64,000 nt of DNA from Lachnospiraceae bacterium (GTDB lineage: Bacteria > Bacillota > Clostridia > Lachnospirales > Lachnospiraceae), in assembly GCA_024694965.1 (NCBI GenBank), contig JAILJC010000180.1, positions 37,031 to 101,030 of the forward strand. The letters are read 5' to 3'. Below, piece after piece: positions 51,701 through 59,549 of this stretch. The notes under the pieces were generated by a model. It was given only the letters and a program-made list of their open reading frames with translations. It was not told the origin of the DNA and made no database searches. Numbering within the stretch: position 1 is the stretch's first letter; every line of letters starts with the position of its first letter. The translations under genes and the position numbers were made by a program.

Positions 51701-53171
51701 AGCTATCCGCATATCCGATGATGAGCCCGGAGTGATCATCGGAAGATATGACGATCCCGAAAACAGAGAGCAGGGCGATTACAGGATAGATCTTTTAAGG
51801 ACCGGGCACATGGCGGTATGCGGCAGTGCACAAAGCGGAAAGAGTACGTTACTGCAAACGCTGATAATGTCGTTGCTAAGTCACACGGTTAAGATAGACC
51901 CTGCCATCTATATAGTCGATTACAGCAACGGTATTCTTTCATGCTTTAGGGACAGTGTGCTCGTGGGTGCATACATAAATGAAGATACTCAAGACAGGCT
52001 TGGTAACCTGTTCTGTTTGATAAGGGAGATCATTGACAGGCGCCGCACACAGTGGGACGGTATAAGCTTTTCAAACCGCAGGGATCAGTACGCGATATCC
52101 GATAAGGCCATCATACTGGTGATCGACAATTACGGAGCGTTCAGGGAGAAAACGGATTGCATTTATGATGATGCGATGCAGGAATTTATAAAGTACGGCG
52201 AAACCTATGGTGTATTTGTCATACTTACCGGAAGCGCAATAGGAAGTTCGGATATACCGGTCCGACTTTTTGAAAACATCAGGACGGGAATATGCTTAAG
52301 GTTAAATGACAGGTACCAGTACAGTGAATGTCTGCGTCAGATACATTTACCTGTTATGCCGGCCGAAGCAGGCGGAAGGGGACTTGCATATATATCAGGG
52401 CGGATACTTGAGTTTCAGACATATCTTATACTTGCGGAAAATGACAGGCAGCGGAATGAACTTATAAAGAAGGAAGTCGGCTATATCAATGTGAATGATC
52501 GGACTGTGCCGGCAAAGAGAGTTCCGTTCATACCAAAGGAACCTTCGGTTGAGGATCTTGATGGGGCGATTAAAGACATAATCCTTAATAATGGGCAGCT
52601 TCCCATCGGGTATGATGCCGTAAGTGCAAGGCCGTTTATAATAGATCTTTCCGATACACCATGCCTAATGTTTGCCGGTGCATGCAAAAGCGGAAAGAGC
52701 AATGCCTTGAGGGTGATACGTCATTACGCAGAAAGAGCAGGGATAAAGGTAAAAGATACGGGCAGTATAAGGAGCATATACGAAGCATTCAGGGAGGAAC
52801 CCGATGTGCTCGTTATCTGTGACGGAATCGAATCGGTAATAGATGATTTCTACAAAAACGACAGGGATGAGGCAATTGAAAAGGAAATGACGGAGCTTAT
52901 CGGTAAAAAGGGACATTGTATGGTATTTACCGTTTCATCATCGGGACATGCAGGTGTGGCAGGGCGAAGGATTTATGAACAGATACGTGCCGTATGCATG
53001 GGAATATACCTGGGCGGAAGCATTGATAAGCAGAATGTGTTTGACTTTTCATATCTTCCTTACAGTTTGCAGTGCCGCGCGGGTGAAGCGGGTATGGGAA
53101 CGGTGTTAAGGCGTGGCAGGGCAGCATCTTGCAATGACGTAGTGATCCCGTATGCGGAGGAAGTTAAGTAA
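48771..53171 (+). CDS. essC: Type VII secretion FtsK/SpoIIIE-family ATPase, EssC/YukB-like
   Basis: 1466 aa. N-terminal FHA-like region of about 200 aa, two TM helices (about aa 260-320), then three P-loop modules: GMTGSGKSELLQT with Walker B IIIDEFAELK; GSAQSGKSTLLQT; GACKSGKSNALRV. Confidence 0.9.
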   Translation: MHIVIQVYNSHSLEEFVFKAYPLPDERATALFKLRSDMFRLKADRVISLIISNNGVALNGTDTEVYHQYQDKKIKCENIISDDAGLVLVTGDREVLKMAVYFASDEGMRFYKVGDKDLITVGNSPKRTVSLLGNQYISDLQLMFRKADAGGIMNVRSETGCYLNGRYIGPMNTAELKYGDVITTGGVRLLWLDECIGFEALYIGPPCVVRLKECTRLRKVDRSRGDDGFTPGVRNLIRTDNPVIELDAPPPAPNIRRQPAYLAVGPSLTMAVPMCLGCGMYIYAASRAGTGGSAIYMYTGLVTAIASAILGTVWAVANLRQSRRQEKEDERQRIRTYKEYINSCTRRIEDKYRYNRNALKRNSPGLDEILKGNLNSFVLNRRLDDEDLYRYRLGTGKCRFEVDIRVPKEKYMPVPDELASLPLKLKQKYLKISDVPICTDIKADRIQGFIGRNGQGLEQLFLNIALQIAATTGPELIRMVFLFGDNVIPEGAVRIMRWLPQAQGDDGHYVCTDRDRNDELLCFLEGIIKNHENIVHRWIVFTDDHKRLPPSLLSREDLSLLVFAKEYRSLPGECRCIIQNDASYRGMLMPGREELRRDICFDHISLKEAEGYIRRIAGVCRYVKSAVKPIPALVTLPMLYDTDNIRHNDIAAFWRDNNTINSIRAPIGMAGDQRVISLDLHEKAHGPHGLVAGMTGSGKSELLQTLILSLALRYPPWEVGFFLIDYKGGGMASMFEGLPHLIGSISNLSGNITDRALLSIRSENERRQRLFLDAGVNSIRDYGRKFLDGTVAMPLPHILIIIDEFAELKREQPEFMKELISVAQVGRSLGVHLILATQKPAGTVDDNIFSNSRFRICLRVQDKQDSNDMLHRPDAAYIKNPGRAYFQVGNDELFEEFQSGYTMEPCMVESDTGTLCLLDRNGRRIKVSENHIENEEADTHFSMSMKVIRRCYEESDHATIQKLWLPELDTRLVLNETAIRISDDEPGVIIGRYDDPENREQGDYRIDLLRTGHMAVCGSAQSGKSTLLQTLIMSLLSHTVKIDPAIYIVDYSNGILSCFRDSVLVGAYINEDTQDRLGNLFCLIREIIDRRRTQWDGISFSNRRDQYAISDKAIILVIDNYGAFREKTDCIYDDAMQEFIKYGETYGVFVILTGSAIGSSDIPVRLFENIRTGICLRLNDRYQYSECLRQIHLPVMPAEAGGRGLAYISGRILEFQTYLILAENDRQRNELIKKEVGYINVNDRTVPAKRVPFIPKEPSVEDLDGAIKDIILNNGQLPIGYDAVSARPFIIDLSDTPCLMFAGACKSGKSNALRVIRHYAERAGIKVKDTGSIRSIYEAFREEPDVLVICDGIESVIDDFYKNDRDEAIEKEMTELIGKKGHCMVFTVSSSGHAGVAGRRIYEQIRAVCMGIYLGGSIDKQNVFDFSYLPYSLQCRAGEAGMGTVLRRGRAASCNDVVIPYAEEVK

Positions 53172-53174
53172 AGC

Positions 53175-53468
53175 ATGATAAGGTTTGAGGTTTATGCTCT
53201 TTCGTGGGCAAAGACTTATGAGATCGAGGCCGGTGAAAATACAAAAGTAAGTGAACTATTATGTTTCATCTCGGGTTTGTGCGGTGAAACTGAAAGAGGT
53301 ATTCTTTTAAGCCTGTCCGGGAAGGGCATGCTGGATGAAAGCATAAGCCTTAAGGAGCAAGGGGTATTATCCGGAGATAAGCTTATGTATATATCGGCAG
53401 GGTATAGGAAAGGAGGTAAAGGTGAAGCCGTTAAGCGCGGTATATGTGCGGATGAAGGGGCTGCTTGA
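53175..53468 (+). CDS. Small ubiquitin-like (EsaB/YukD-like) protein
   Basis: About 80-aa core ending ...LKEQGVLSGDKLMYI, which resembles the EsaB/YukD beta-grasp C-terminus. Lies immediately after essC. Called from context plus weak similarity. Confidence 0.55.
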   Translation: MIRFEVYALSWAKTYEIEAGENTKVSELLCFISGLCGETERGILLSLSGKGMLDESISLKEQGVLSGDKLMYISAGYRKGGKGEAVKRGICADEGAA

Positions 53469-53721
53469 TGAACTGGGGGTTGTGTCGGAAAACCTGTACG
53501 GTAAAATTGCGGGACTTGAAGAAGCCATTTCAGGTCTGGGGATATCATGGGAGGGAACCGCTTATGAACAATACAGTATAAGGTTAAAGGATGATCTTAA
53601 TTTTATGAAAGCCAAGGCTTTGAACCTGAAGGTCATGTATCTTATGCTTAGCACCCTGCTTGCGGGGTATCAGAATACTGAAATTAAAGTAGGCAGTATT
53701 ATAGGAGGATTAAAAAAATGA
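53422..53721 (+). CDS. WXG100-family protein 1
   Basis: 99 aa, central W-x-G (ISWEGTAYEQY), helix-turn-helix length. GTG start 5 nt after AGGAGG; the alternative is ATG 53452. Confidence 0.7.
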   Translation: MKPLSAVYVRMKGLLDELGVVSENLYGKIAGLEEAISGLGISWEGTAYEQYSIRLKDDLNFMKAKALNLKVMYLMLSTLLAGYQNTEIKVGSIIGGLKK

Positions 53722-54017
53722 GTATTAAGGATGAGATCGATATCCAGTTTGGACGGGCAATGCAGCAGGCGGAAGAACTTGAGGAACTCTCGGGCATGAT
53801 CTGCAATATAGGGAGTGAAAAGTTAGATGGAGCACTGACCCTGCTGACCAAGTCTTGGAAGGGAGAAAACGCAGGAGAATTTACCGGCAAGGTAAATGTT
53901 ATAAGAAACAGGATGTACGGATGTGCGGAGGCGCTTAAGGAAACGTCGAAGCTTATAAAGCTGACGGCGGGGCGGATTTATGATGCCGAGATGGCGGCAA
54001 TAAGGATGATAAGTTAG
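53718..54017 (+). CDS. WXG100-family protein 2
   Basis: 99 aa, central W-x-G (KSWKGENAGEF), good RBS (TAGGAGGA). Confidence 0.72.
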   Translation: MSIKDEIDIQFGRAMQQAEELEELSGMICNIGSEKLDGALTLLTKSWKGENAGEFTGKVNVIRNRMYGCAEALKETSKLIKLTAGRIYDAEMAAIRMIS

Positions 54018-54037
54018 GAAGAAAAGGAGGATCAGAT

Positions 54038-54337
54038 ATGTCATTTTTTCAGGTTACAGCAGCGGAGCTAAGGAAAAAGGCCGACCAGTTAAAAGGTCTT
54101 AACTCAAGGTTTAAGGGATCGGTTGATTCAATGCAGGCGACAGAACAGTCGTTAAAATCAATGTGGGAGGGTGAAGCAAACGAGACATTCCATAAAACGT
54201 TTGTAAATGATAAGGGAAAAATGGACCAGTTTCACGCGGCAATAGACAGGTTTATAGAGGCACTTCTGATAATTGCGGCAAAGTATGAGGAAGCAGAGAA
54301 AAAGAACACTCAGACCGCAGCGGTAAGAAGCTGTTAA
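54038..54337 (+). CDS. WXG100-family protein 3 (EsxA-like)
   Basis: 99 aa. N-terminal FQVTAAELRKKA, W-x-G (SMWEGEANETF), C-terminal YEEAEKKN. RBS AAAGGAGGA. Confidence 0.85.
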   Translation: MSFFQVTAAELRKKADQLKGLNSRFKGSVDSMQATEQSLKSMWEGEANETFHKTFVNDKGKMDQFHAAIDRFIEALLIIAAKYEEAEKKNTQTAAVRSC

Positions 54338-54367
54338 TGCGGACATGAATAAACGGAAAGGAGAAGG

Positions 54368-54685
54368 ATGATGACAGGTTTGTTAAAGGTTACGCCGGAA
54401 AAACTGATCGCGGCGTCAAATGAATTCAGTACGGTTGGAAAAACAGTAAGGTCGCTTACACAGGAAATGAATGATATAGTTTCGTCTCTGAAATCGGTGT
54501 GGATGGGAGAAGCAGCCACCGGATACGGATCGAAGTTTGCCGAACTTTCAGATGATATAGAAAAGATAAACAGAATGATACAGGAACATGTGACAGATCT
54601 TAACAATATGGCAAGAGAGTACCAGACGGCGGAGGATACAAATACACAGCAGGCTGCAGCTCTCAAAACGGATATCGTTGCATAA
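54368..54685 (+). CDS. WXG100-family protein 4 (EsxA-like)
   Basis: 105 aa. N-terminal LKVTPEKLIAASNEF, W-x-G (SVWMGEAATGY), C-terminal YQTAEDTN. RBS AAAGGAGAAGG. Confidence 0.85.
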   Translation: MMTGLLKVTPEKLIAASNEFSTVGKTVRSLTQEMNDIVSSLKSVWMGEAATGYGSKFAELSDDIEKINRMIQEHVTDLNNMAREYQTAEDTNTQQAAALKTDIVA

Positions 54686-54696
54686 GAGGTAAAACT

Positions 54697-56043
54697 ATGG
54701 AAGTAGGATACAAGAATCTTATCCTTATAGACAATTCAATGTCTGTCGGTGATGCCAATTTCATGCTGTGCAGGGAAACGGCAAAATATATATGCGAAAA
54801 CGGAGGAACGCAGGATACTTTCAGGCTTGCCACTTTCGGTGAGGATATAGAATACTTAACCGATTATACATCCGACAATGTGCTCCTTACTGACAGCATA
54901 GATGATCTTCAGCTTACGGACAGAGACACGTTTATAACGGATAATCTGGTGAAGATTTTGCGTGAGTGGAAGGAGCAGGACGTTGCATGCAGGAATATAA
55001 TCCTGTTTACCGACGGTGAGGAATCGGAATCCGTGCTGCATGCGGATGAGGAATTGTATTATCTGTTAAGGGATTCGGAATATCCCGTTTATGTAGTGCA
55101 GAGTATTGAAAAAATAGGGATACCGGCAACAAAAAATCTTTCGGCTATAGCAACGATAAGCGGAGGCAGGCTGCTTCTTACAGAGTTTGAAGGCTCCGAT
55201 GCATCAAGTGAGATAACTTTGGGAAGTGCTATACTTTCCGCGATCGATATTTCGCGTGAAGCAAAGGAGGAAGAAATCCATGCGGCGGAAATCACCGATA
55301 GTAAAGAGGAAATCCATGAAGAGGCAGAAGCAGCAGAAGAGGCGGATGAACCGGTTTCGTCCGCGGAAAGCCTTATGATATACGGTGATAAAGGTATGGG
55401 TACAGATATGCACAGTGAAACGGTACCGGTAAACACTCCCGAAACGCATGCTTCTGTTAATACGCCCATCATAAAACACACTACGGAGCAACACTCCGGC
55501 ATCAGTCTGGGTGTTATATTCCCGATCCTGGGATTTGTGTTTGCACTTGCGTTTGCGATCATCATACGTCTTATCACATCAAGGAACAATGAAGACTCCC
55601 TAGGGAACAGCAGGTTAAAGGAGACGATCGAGGAGGAACTTAAGCGAGAAGCAATGATAGCGCTTGATGCCGAAGAATATGACTGCATGACAGTGAAACT
55701 TAATGATCCGGGAACGAATACAAGGCTGCTTTCCCAAAACGCAGGCAGCCATGATATAGTTCTGGAGGACTGTAATGATCCTACAAGGTTATTCAGGGCT
55801 TCAAGTGACAGTGCCCTGATCGTAGGGAGGTCGGCAGGCTTGTGCGATGTTGCGATAGACTATGATGATTCTATATCCGGAAGGCATTGCGAACTTTCGG
55901 TAAAGGATGGAAGCTGGTATGTCAGGGACCTTAATTCATCCAACGGTACCAGGGTGAACGGGCAGAAGGTATTCCAGGAATTGATGCTTAAGTGCGGAGA
56001 TATATTAATGCTCGGACAGTCATCCCTTCAGGTGAGGATATGA
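54697..56043 (+). CDS. vWA - single TM - FHA membrane protein
   Basis: N-terminal vWA with an intact MIDAS DxSxS (LIDNSMS) and ILFTDGEE. Acidic linker. TM helix ISLGVIFPILGFVFALAFAIIIRLI. C-terminal FHA (VGRSAG...SISGRHCEL...VRDLNSSNGTRVNGQKV). Confidence 0.85.
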   Translation: MEVGYKNLILIDNSMSVGDANFMLCRETAKYICENGGTQDTFRLATFGEDIEYLTDYTSDNVLLTDSIDDLQLTDRDTFITDNLVKILREWKEQDVACRNIILFTDGEESESVLHADEELYYLLRDSEYPVYVVQSIEKIGIPATKNLSAIATISGGRLLLTEFEGSDASSEITLGSAILSAIDISREAKEEEIHAAEITDSKEEIHEEAEAAEEADEPVSSAESLMIYGDKGMGTDMHSETVPVNTPETHASVNTPIIKHTTEQHSGISLGVIFPILGFVFALAFAIIIRLITSRNNEDSLGNSRLKETIEEELKREAMIALDAEEYDCMTVKLNDPGTNTRLLSQNAGSHDIVLEDCNDPTRLFRASSDSALIVGRSAGLCDVAIDYDDSISGRHCELSVKDGSWYVRDLNSSNGTRVNGQKVFQELMLKCGDILMLGQSSLQVRI

Positions 56044-57356
56044 GAGAATTAAGTGAGAAGGAGCTGCTGCTTCTATCCAATTATCTGTACATTGATAAAT
56101 GTACGGAATACGGGACAATAAATGAAATGCTTGACAGCTGCCGCGGCGCAGACGGAAGTATAGATGAAGGAAAGGTGGCTGCACTTGGTATAGGCGGATG
56201 TATGAGTGCCCAGGAGGGCTGCCGCATACTTAATGAAATGGATGCATGCGGAGCAGGACTCTGCAGCCTGAGTGTTGCAAGAAGTATAGATGCAGGTGGG
56301 ATACGCGCTATATGTTTTGAGTCACGCGATGGAGATGCTACGGTTGTATTCCGCGGGACGGGCGGAGATTACGAGCCATGGGTTGACAATGTACGGGGTG
56401 AATATCAAAGCGATACCAGAATGCAAAAGCTCGCGGATGATTTTATAAGATATGACTGCGGCGTATATGACAGTATCACCGTGTCCGGACACAGTAAGGG
56501 AGGTAATCTGGCCCAGTATGTTACGGTTCTTAACAATGACAGGGTTGACAGATGCATATCCTTTGACGGGCAGGGTTTCGGAAAGGGCTTTTTTGATTCT
56601 TACGCTAAGGACGTCGGACCGGCGAGCGCAAAGATAAAATCCATATGCGCACATAATGATTATGTAAACCTGCTTCTGGGAGCTATAGCCTGCGAGATAG
56701 TGTTTGTAAAAAACCGTCACAGCGATCCGGTGGGATGCCACAGTTCATTTGCGCTTTTTGACAGCTGTGAATTTGACAAAAGCGGAAACATAGTAAATCT
56801 GACAGAACAGAGTAAGCTTATGAAGGGAGCGAAATCCCTGACTTCATATCTTACGGGATACATGGATTCGCTTCCGGGAGAGGGCGGCATGCTATTAAGT
56901 GAATTGCTCGCAGCAAATGTTGCCGCAGTATTCAGCTCGGAACTTGGCGAAGAATATGAAAATGAAAGGAAATACAAAGCAGGACTTGACGTTAAGCGCT
57001 ATCTTGCTTCTTCGGCCGGATTTGACATAAAGGATCCGCTGCGCGATGTGAGCATAGTTACCGATGAATTATATATTGATCCGGCGGGGCTTAAGGAAGC
57101 GGCAAGCCTAATCTTAAATACAGGCAGGGAAATGGATGCTGCGGCACTTAAGCTTGCAGAGCTGCGACATAAAATTGATTATAAGGCTGCCGCTAAGCTT
57201 GCGGTTGACATAATACTTAGGAAGGCTGAAAACAAAATGACTGAATATGCGGCTATGACTGTATCGCGCGGTGAAGCATTAAGTGAGATAAGCCGGTTGT
57301 ATGAAGAGAGGGAAAAAGAGATCCTAAGCTGCATAGGATCGATCACGTTTGCCTAA
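56040..57356 (+). CDS. DUF2974 / Mbeg1-like alpha/beta hydrolase with a C-terminal WXG/LXG-like helical extension (candidate T7 substrate)
   Basis: ATG 56040 overlaps the previous stop (ATGA) and follows GGTGAGGA. Nucleophile elbow SGHSKGGNLAQY, and FDGQGF. The last roughly 97 aa (57063-57353) are helical and begin LYIDPAGLKEAAS, like the N-termini of the adjacent Esx proteins. Confidence 0.8.
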   Translation: MRELSEKELLLLSNYLYIDKCTEYGTINEMLDSCRGADGSIDEGKVAALGIGGCMSAQEGCRILNEMDACGAGLCSLSVARSIDAGGIRAICFESRDGDATVVFRGTGGDYEPWVDNVRGEYQSDTRMQKLADDFIRYDCGVYDSITVSGHSKGGNLAQYVTVLNNDRVDRCISFDGQGFGKGFFDSYAKDVGPASAKIKSICAHNDYVNLLLGAIACEIVFVKNRHSDPVGCHSSFALFDSCEFDKSGNIVNLTEQSKLMKGAKSLTSYLTGYMDSLPGEGGMLLSELLAANVAAVFSSELGEEYENERKYKAGLDVKRYLASSAGFDIKDPLRDVSIVTDELYIDPAGLKEAASLILNTGREMDAAALKLAELRHKIDYKAAAKLAVDIILRKAENKMTEYAAMTVSRGEALSEISRLYEEREKEILSCIGSITFA

Positions 57357-57886
57357 AGTGTATCGTGATCGTAACCGTGACTGTCAAGGAAGCGTTCAAA
57401 CATATTATCCCAGGCTTCATTAAGAGTGCGGTCTATGGAAAAGATATTAAGTGAAACGGCGGTGGTGCATGTAAGTGCACCGCCGTCATATTTTATATTT
57501 ACGTTTAGTGAGCTTATCTGTTCCGGAAGAACCGGGGAGTCTACCGAGTTAAGGAACTTTATAACGTTTTCCTGAGCAAGAGCGAGAGTGATCCTGAAAG
57601 AAAGAGGAGGCTTTTTTCCGCGGATATATGAATAGCAGTAGCCTTTGACAGATTCCCATCGGATCAGATTTTCACTGAAAATACGCCCGCTTTCTTTGGC
57701 TTTTTCCCTAAGCAGGTCCAGCTCATCTGCGGTATAGAAATCCTTATTGATATGACCGTCAATAGTGTAGGCATTGGAAGTGGAAATGATCGCTTCACTT
57801 AAAAGGAAGCTGTCAAAAACCGTTTCTTTTTCCGACAGAAGACCGGTCATGAAGATTGCGGCGTTGTTTATCTTAAAAAGCTTCAT
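57353..57886 (-). CDS. Hypothetical cytoplasmic protein (177 aa)
   Basis: Clean ORF and last gene of the minus-strand argG operon. Its stop overlaps the stop of the hydrolase gene. No recognised motif. Confidence 0.55.
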   Translation of the reverse strand: MKLFKINNAAIFMTGLLSEKETVFDSFLLSEAIISTSNAYTIDGHINKDFYTADELDLLREKAKESGRIFSENLIRWESVKGYCYSYIRGKKPPLSFRITLALAQENVIKFLNSVDSPVLPEQISSLNVNIKYDGGALTCTTAVSLNIFSIDRTLNEAWDNMFERFLDSHGYDHDTL

Positions 57887-57896
57887 ATAGCCTCCG

Positions 57897-58205
57897 TTAC
57901 ATTATCTTAAAATCAAGAGGTGTAAAGAACAAAAGTATGAGGACAAGTGCTATCTGCAGTCCGAGTATGAGCGGCATACCGATGTAAAATGCCGCTTTGT
58001 GGGTTTTATGCCTGAATAGATACATACCAAGAAGGCAGCCGATGCTGCCCCCGAATAAAGCGATGGAAAATAAAGTCGCTTCCGGTGTGCGCCACGACTG
58101 CCGTTTGGCCTTCTGCTTGTCTATAAAGAAATATGCAAGTCCGAGCAGATTAACACAGATAATATACAGACCTATGATCATCCGGACATTACCAAGATCA
58201 ATCAT
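57897..58205 (-). CDS. DUF1294-family small membrane protein
   Basis: Pattern KRQSWRTPEATLF..ALFGGSIGCLLGMYLFRHKTHK with 3 TM helices. Lies 17 nt downstream of argG. Confidence 0.8.
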   Translation of the reverse strand: MIDLGNVRMIIGLYIICVNLLGLAYFFIDKQKAKRQSWRTPEATLFSIALFGGSIGCLLGMYLFRHKTHKAAFYIGMPLILGLQIALVLILLFFTPLDFKIM

Positions 58206-58222
58206 TAAGGTACTCCCTTTGA

Positions 58223-59446
58223 TTATTTTCCGGCATCAGCCGCTTCCTTCATCTTAAGTGCACGTACCTTGCACGAAAGACCGAAGAGGTTTATGAAGCC
58301 TTCCGCATCATGGTGATCATACATATCACCCGTCGTGAAGCTTGCGATGCTCTCGTTGTACAATGAGTAAGGTGATGTGGTACCGGCCTTTATTATATTG
58401 CCTTTATAGAGCTTAAACTTAACTTCGCCGGTCACATATTTCTGCGTTGACTCAATGAATGCCTGAACAGCTTCACGAAGAGGAGTGAACCATTTGCCCT
58501 CATATACGATCTGTGCAAACTTATTTCCGAGGTCGGCCTTTAATGCATATGTATCGCGGTCGAGGATAAGTTCCTCAAGCTGCTGGTGTGCTTCGTAGAG
58601 AATGGTACCGCCGGGAGTTTCATATACGCCGCGGCTCTTCATCCCTACAACGCGGTTTTCAACTATGTCAACAATGCCGATACCATGCTTTCCGCCGAGA
58701 CGGTTGAGCTCGGCTATGATATCCGCAACCTTCATTTTTTTGCCGTTTACCGAAGTGGGTACTCCGGATTCGAATGTCATGGTAACATATTCGCCTTCAT
58801 CCGGTGCCTTTTCGGGTGTTGTACCGAGCACAAGAAGATGCTCATAGTTGGGTTCGTTGGCGGGATCTTCAAGCTCAAGACCCTCGTGGCTTATATGCCA
58901 TAAGTTACGATCCCTTGAGTAGCTTGAATCGGCCGAGAAGGGAAGGTTAATTCCGTGAGCCTTGCAGTATTCTATTTCCTCCTCACGTGAGCGGAGAGTC
59001 CATTTATCGTTACGCCATGCCGCAATGATCTTAATGTCGGGAGCCAGTGCCTTGATGGCAAGCTCAAACCTTATCTGGTCGTTACCCTTTCCGGTAGCAC
59101 CGTGACAGATGGCGGTGGCACCTTCCTTGCGGGCTATTTCGACAAGCTTCTTAGCTATAACAGGACGAGCCATCGAAGTTCCGAGAAGATATTTGTTTTC
59201 ATATACTGCATGAGCCTGTACACAGGGGATGATGAAGTCATTACAGAATTCATCTGTGAGATCTTCGATATATAGTTTTGATGCTCCTGATGAAAGTGCA
59301 CGCTCCTCAAGTCCGTCAAGCTCTTCGGCCTGACCGCAGTTTCCGCATACGCATATAACTTCGTAATCGAAGTTTTCCTTAAGCCATGGTATTAAGGCGC
59401 TGGTGTCCAGTCCGCCCGAATATGCAAGTACAACCTTTTCCTTCAT
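58223..59446 (-). CDS. argG: Argininosuccinate synthase
   Basis: [12 protein letters not shown]-binding motif and full-length collinearity with ArgG. Confidence 0.96.
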   Translation of the reverse strand: MKEKVVLAYSGGLDTSALIPWLKENFDYEVICVCGNCGQAEELDGLEERALSSGASKLYIEDLTDEFCNDFIIPCVQAHAVYENKYLLGTSMARPVIAKKLVEIARKEGATAICHGATGKGNDQIRFELAIKALAPDIKIIAAWRNDKWTLRSREEEIEYCKAHGINLPFSADSSYSRDRNLWHISHEGLELEDPANEPNYEHLLVLGTTPEKAPDEGEYVTMTFESGVPTSVNGKKMKVADIIAELNRLGGKHGIGIVDIVENRVVGMKSRGVYETPGGTILYEAHQQLEELILDRDTYALKADLGNKFAQIVYEGKWFTPLREAVQAFIESTQKYVTGEVKFKLYKGNIIKAGTTSPYSLYNESIASFTTGDMYDHHDAEGFINLFGLSCKVRALKMKEAADAGK

Positions 59447-59549
59447 AATTTATATCCTCCTGAAGATCAATTTTTAGCTGTTCTGAAAATGACATGTATA
59501 AGGATACAACAACACAATAGTAAATGCAAGCAAAATATGTATAAAAAAA

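Noticed and set aside
53400-53468. The ubiquitin-like protein has an R-K-G-G sequence after its predicted fold, reminiscent of a ubiquitin diglycine processing site
   Set aside because: The codons AGG AAA GGA GGT are exactly the Shine-Dalgarno sequence of the overlapping WXG100 gene, so the GG is most simply explained by that RBS constraint.
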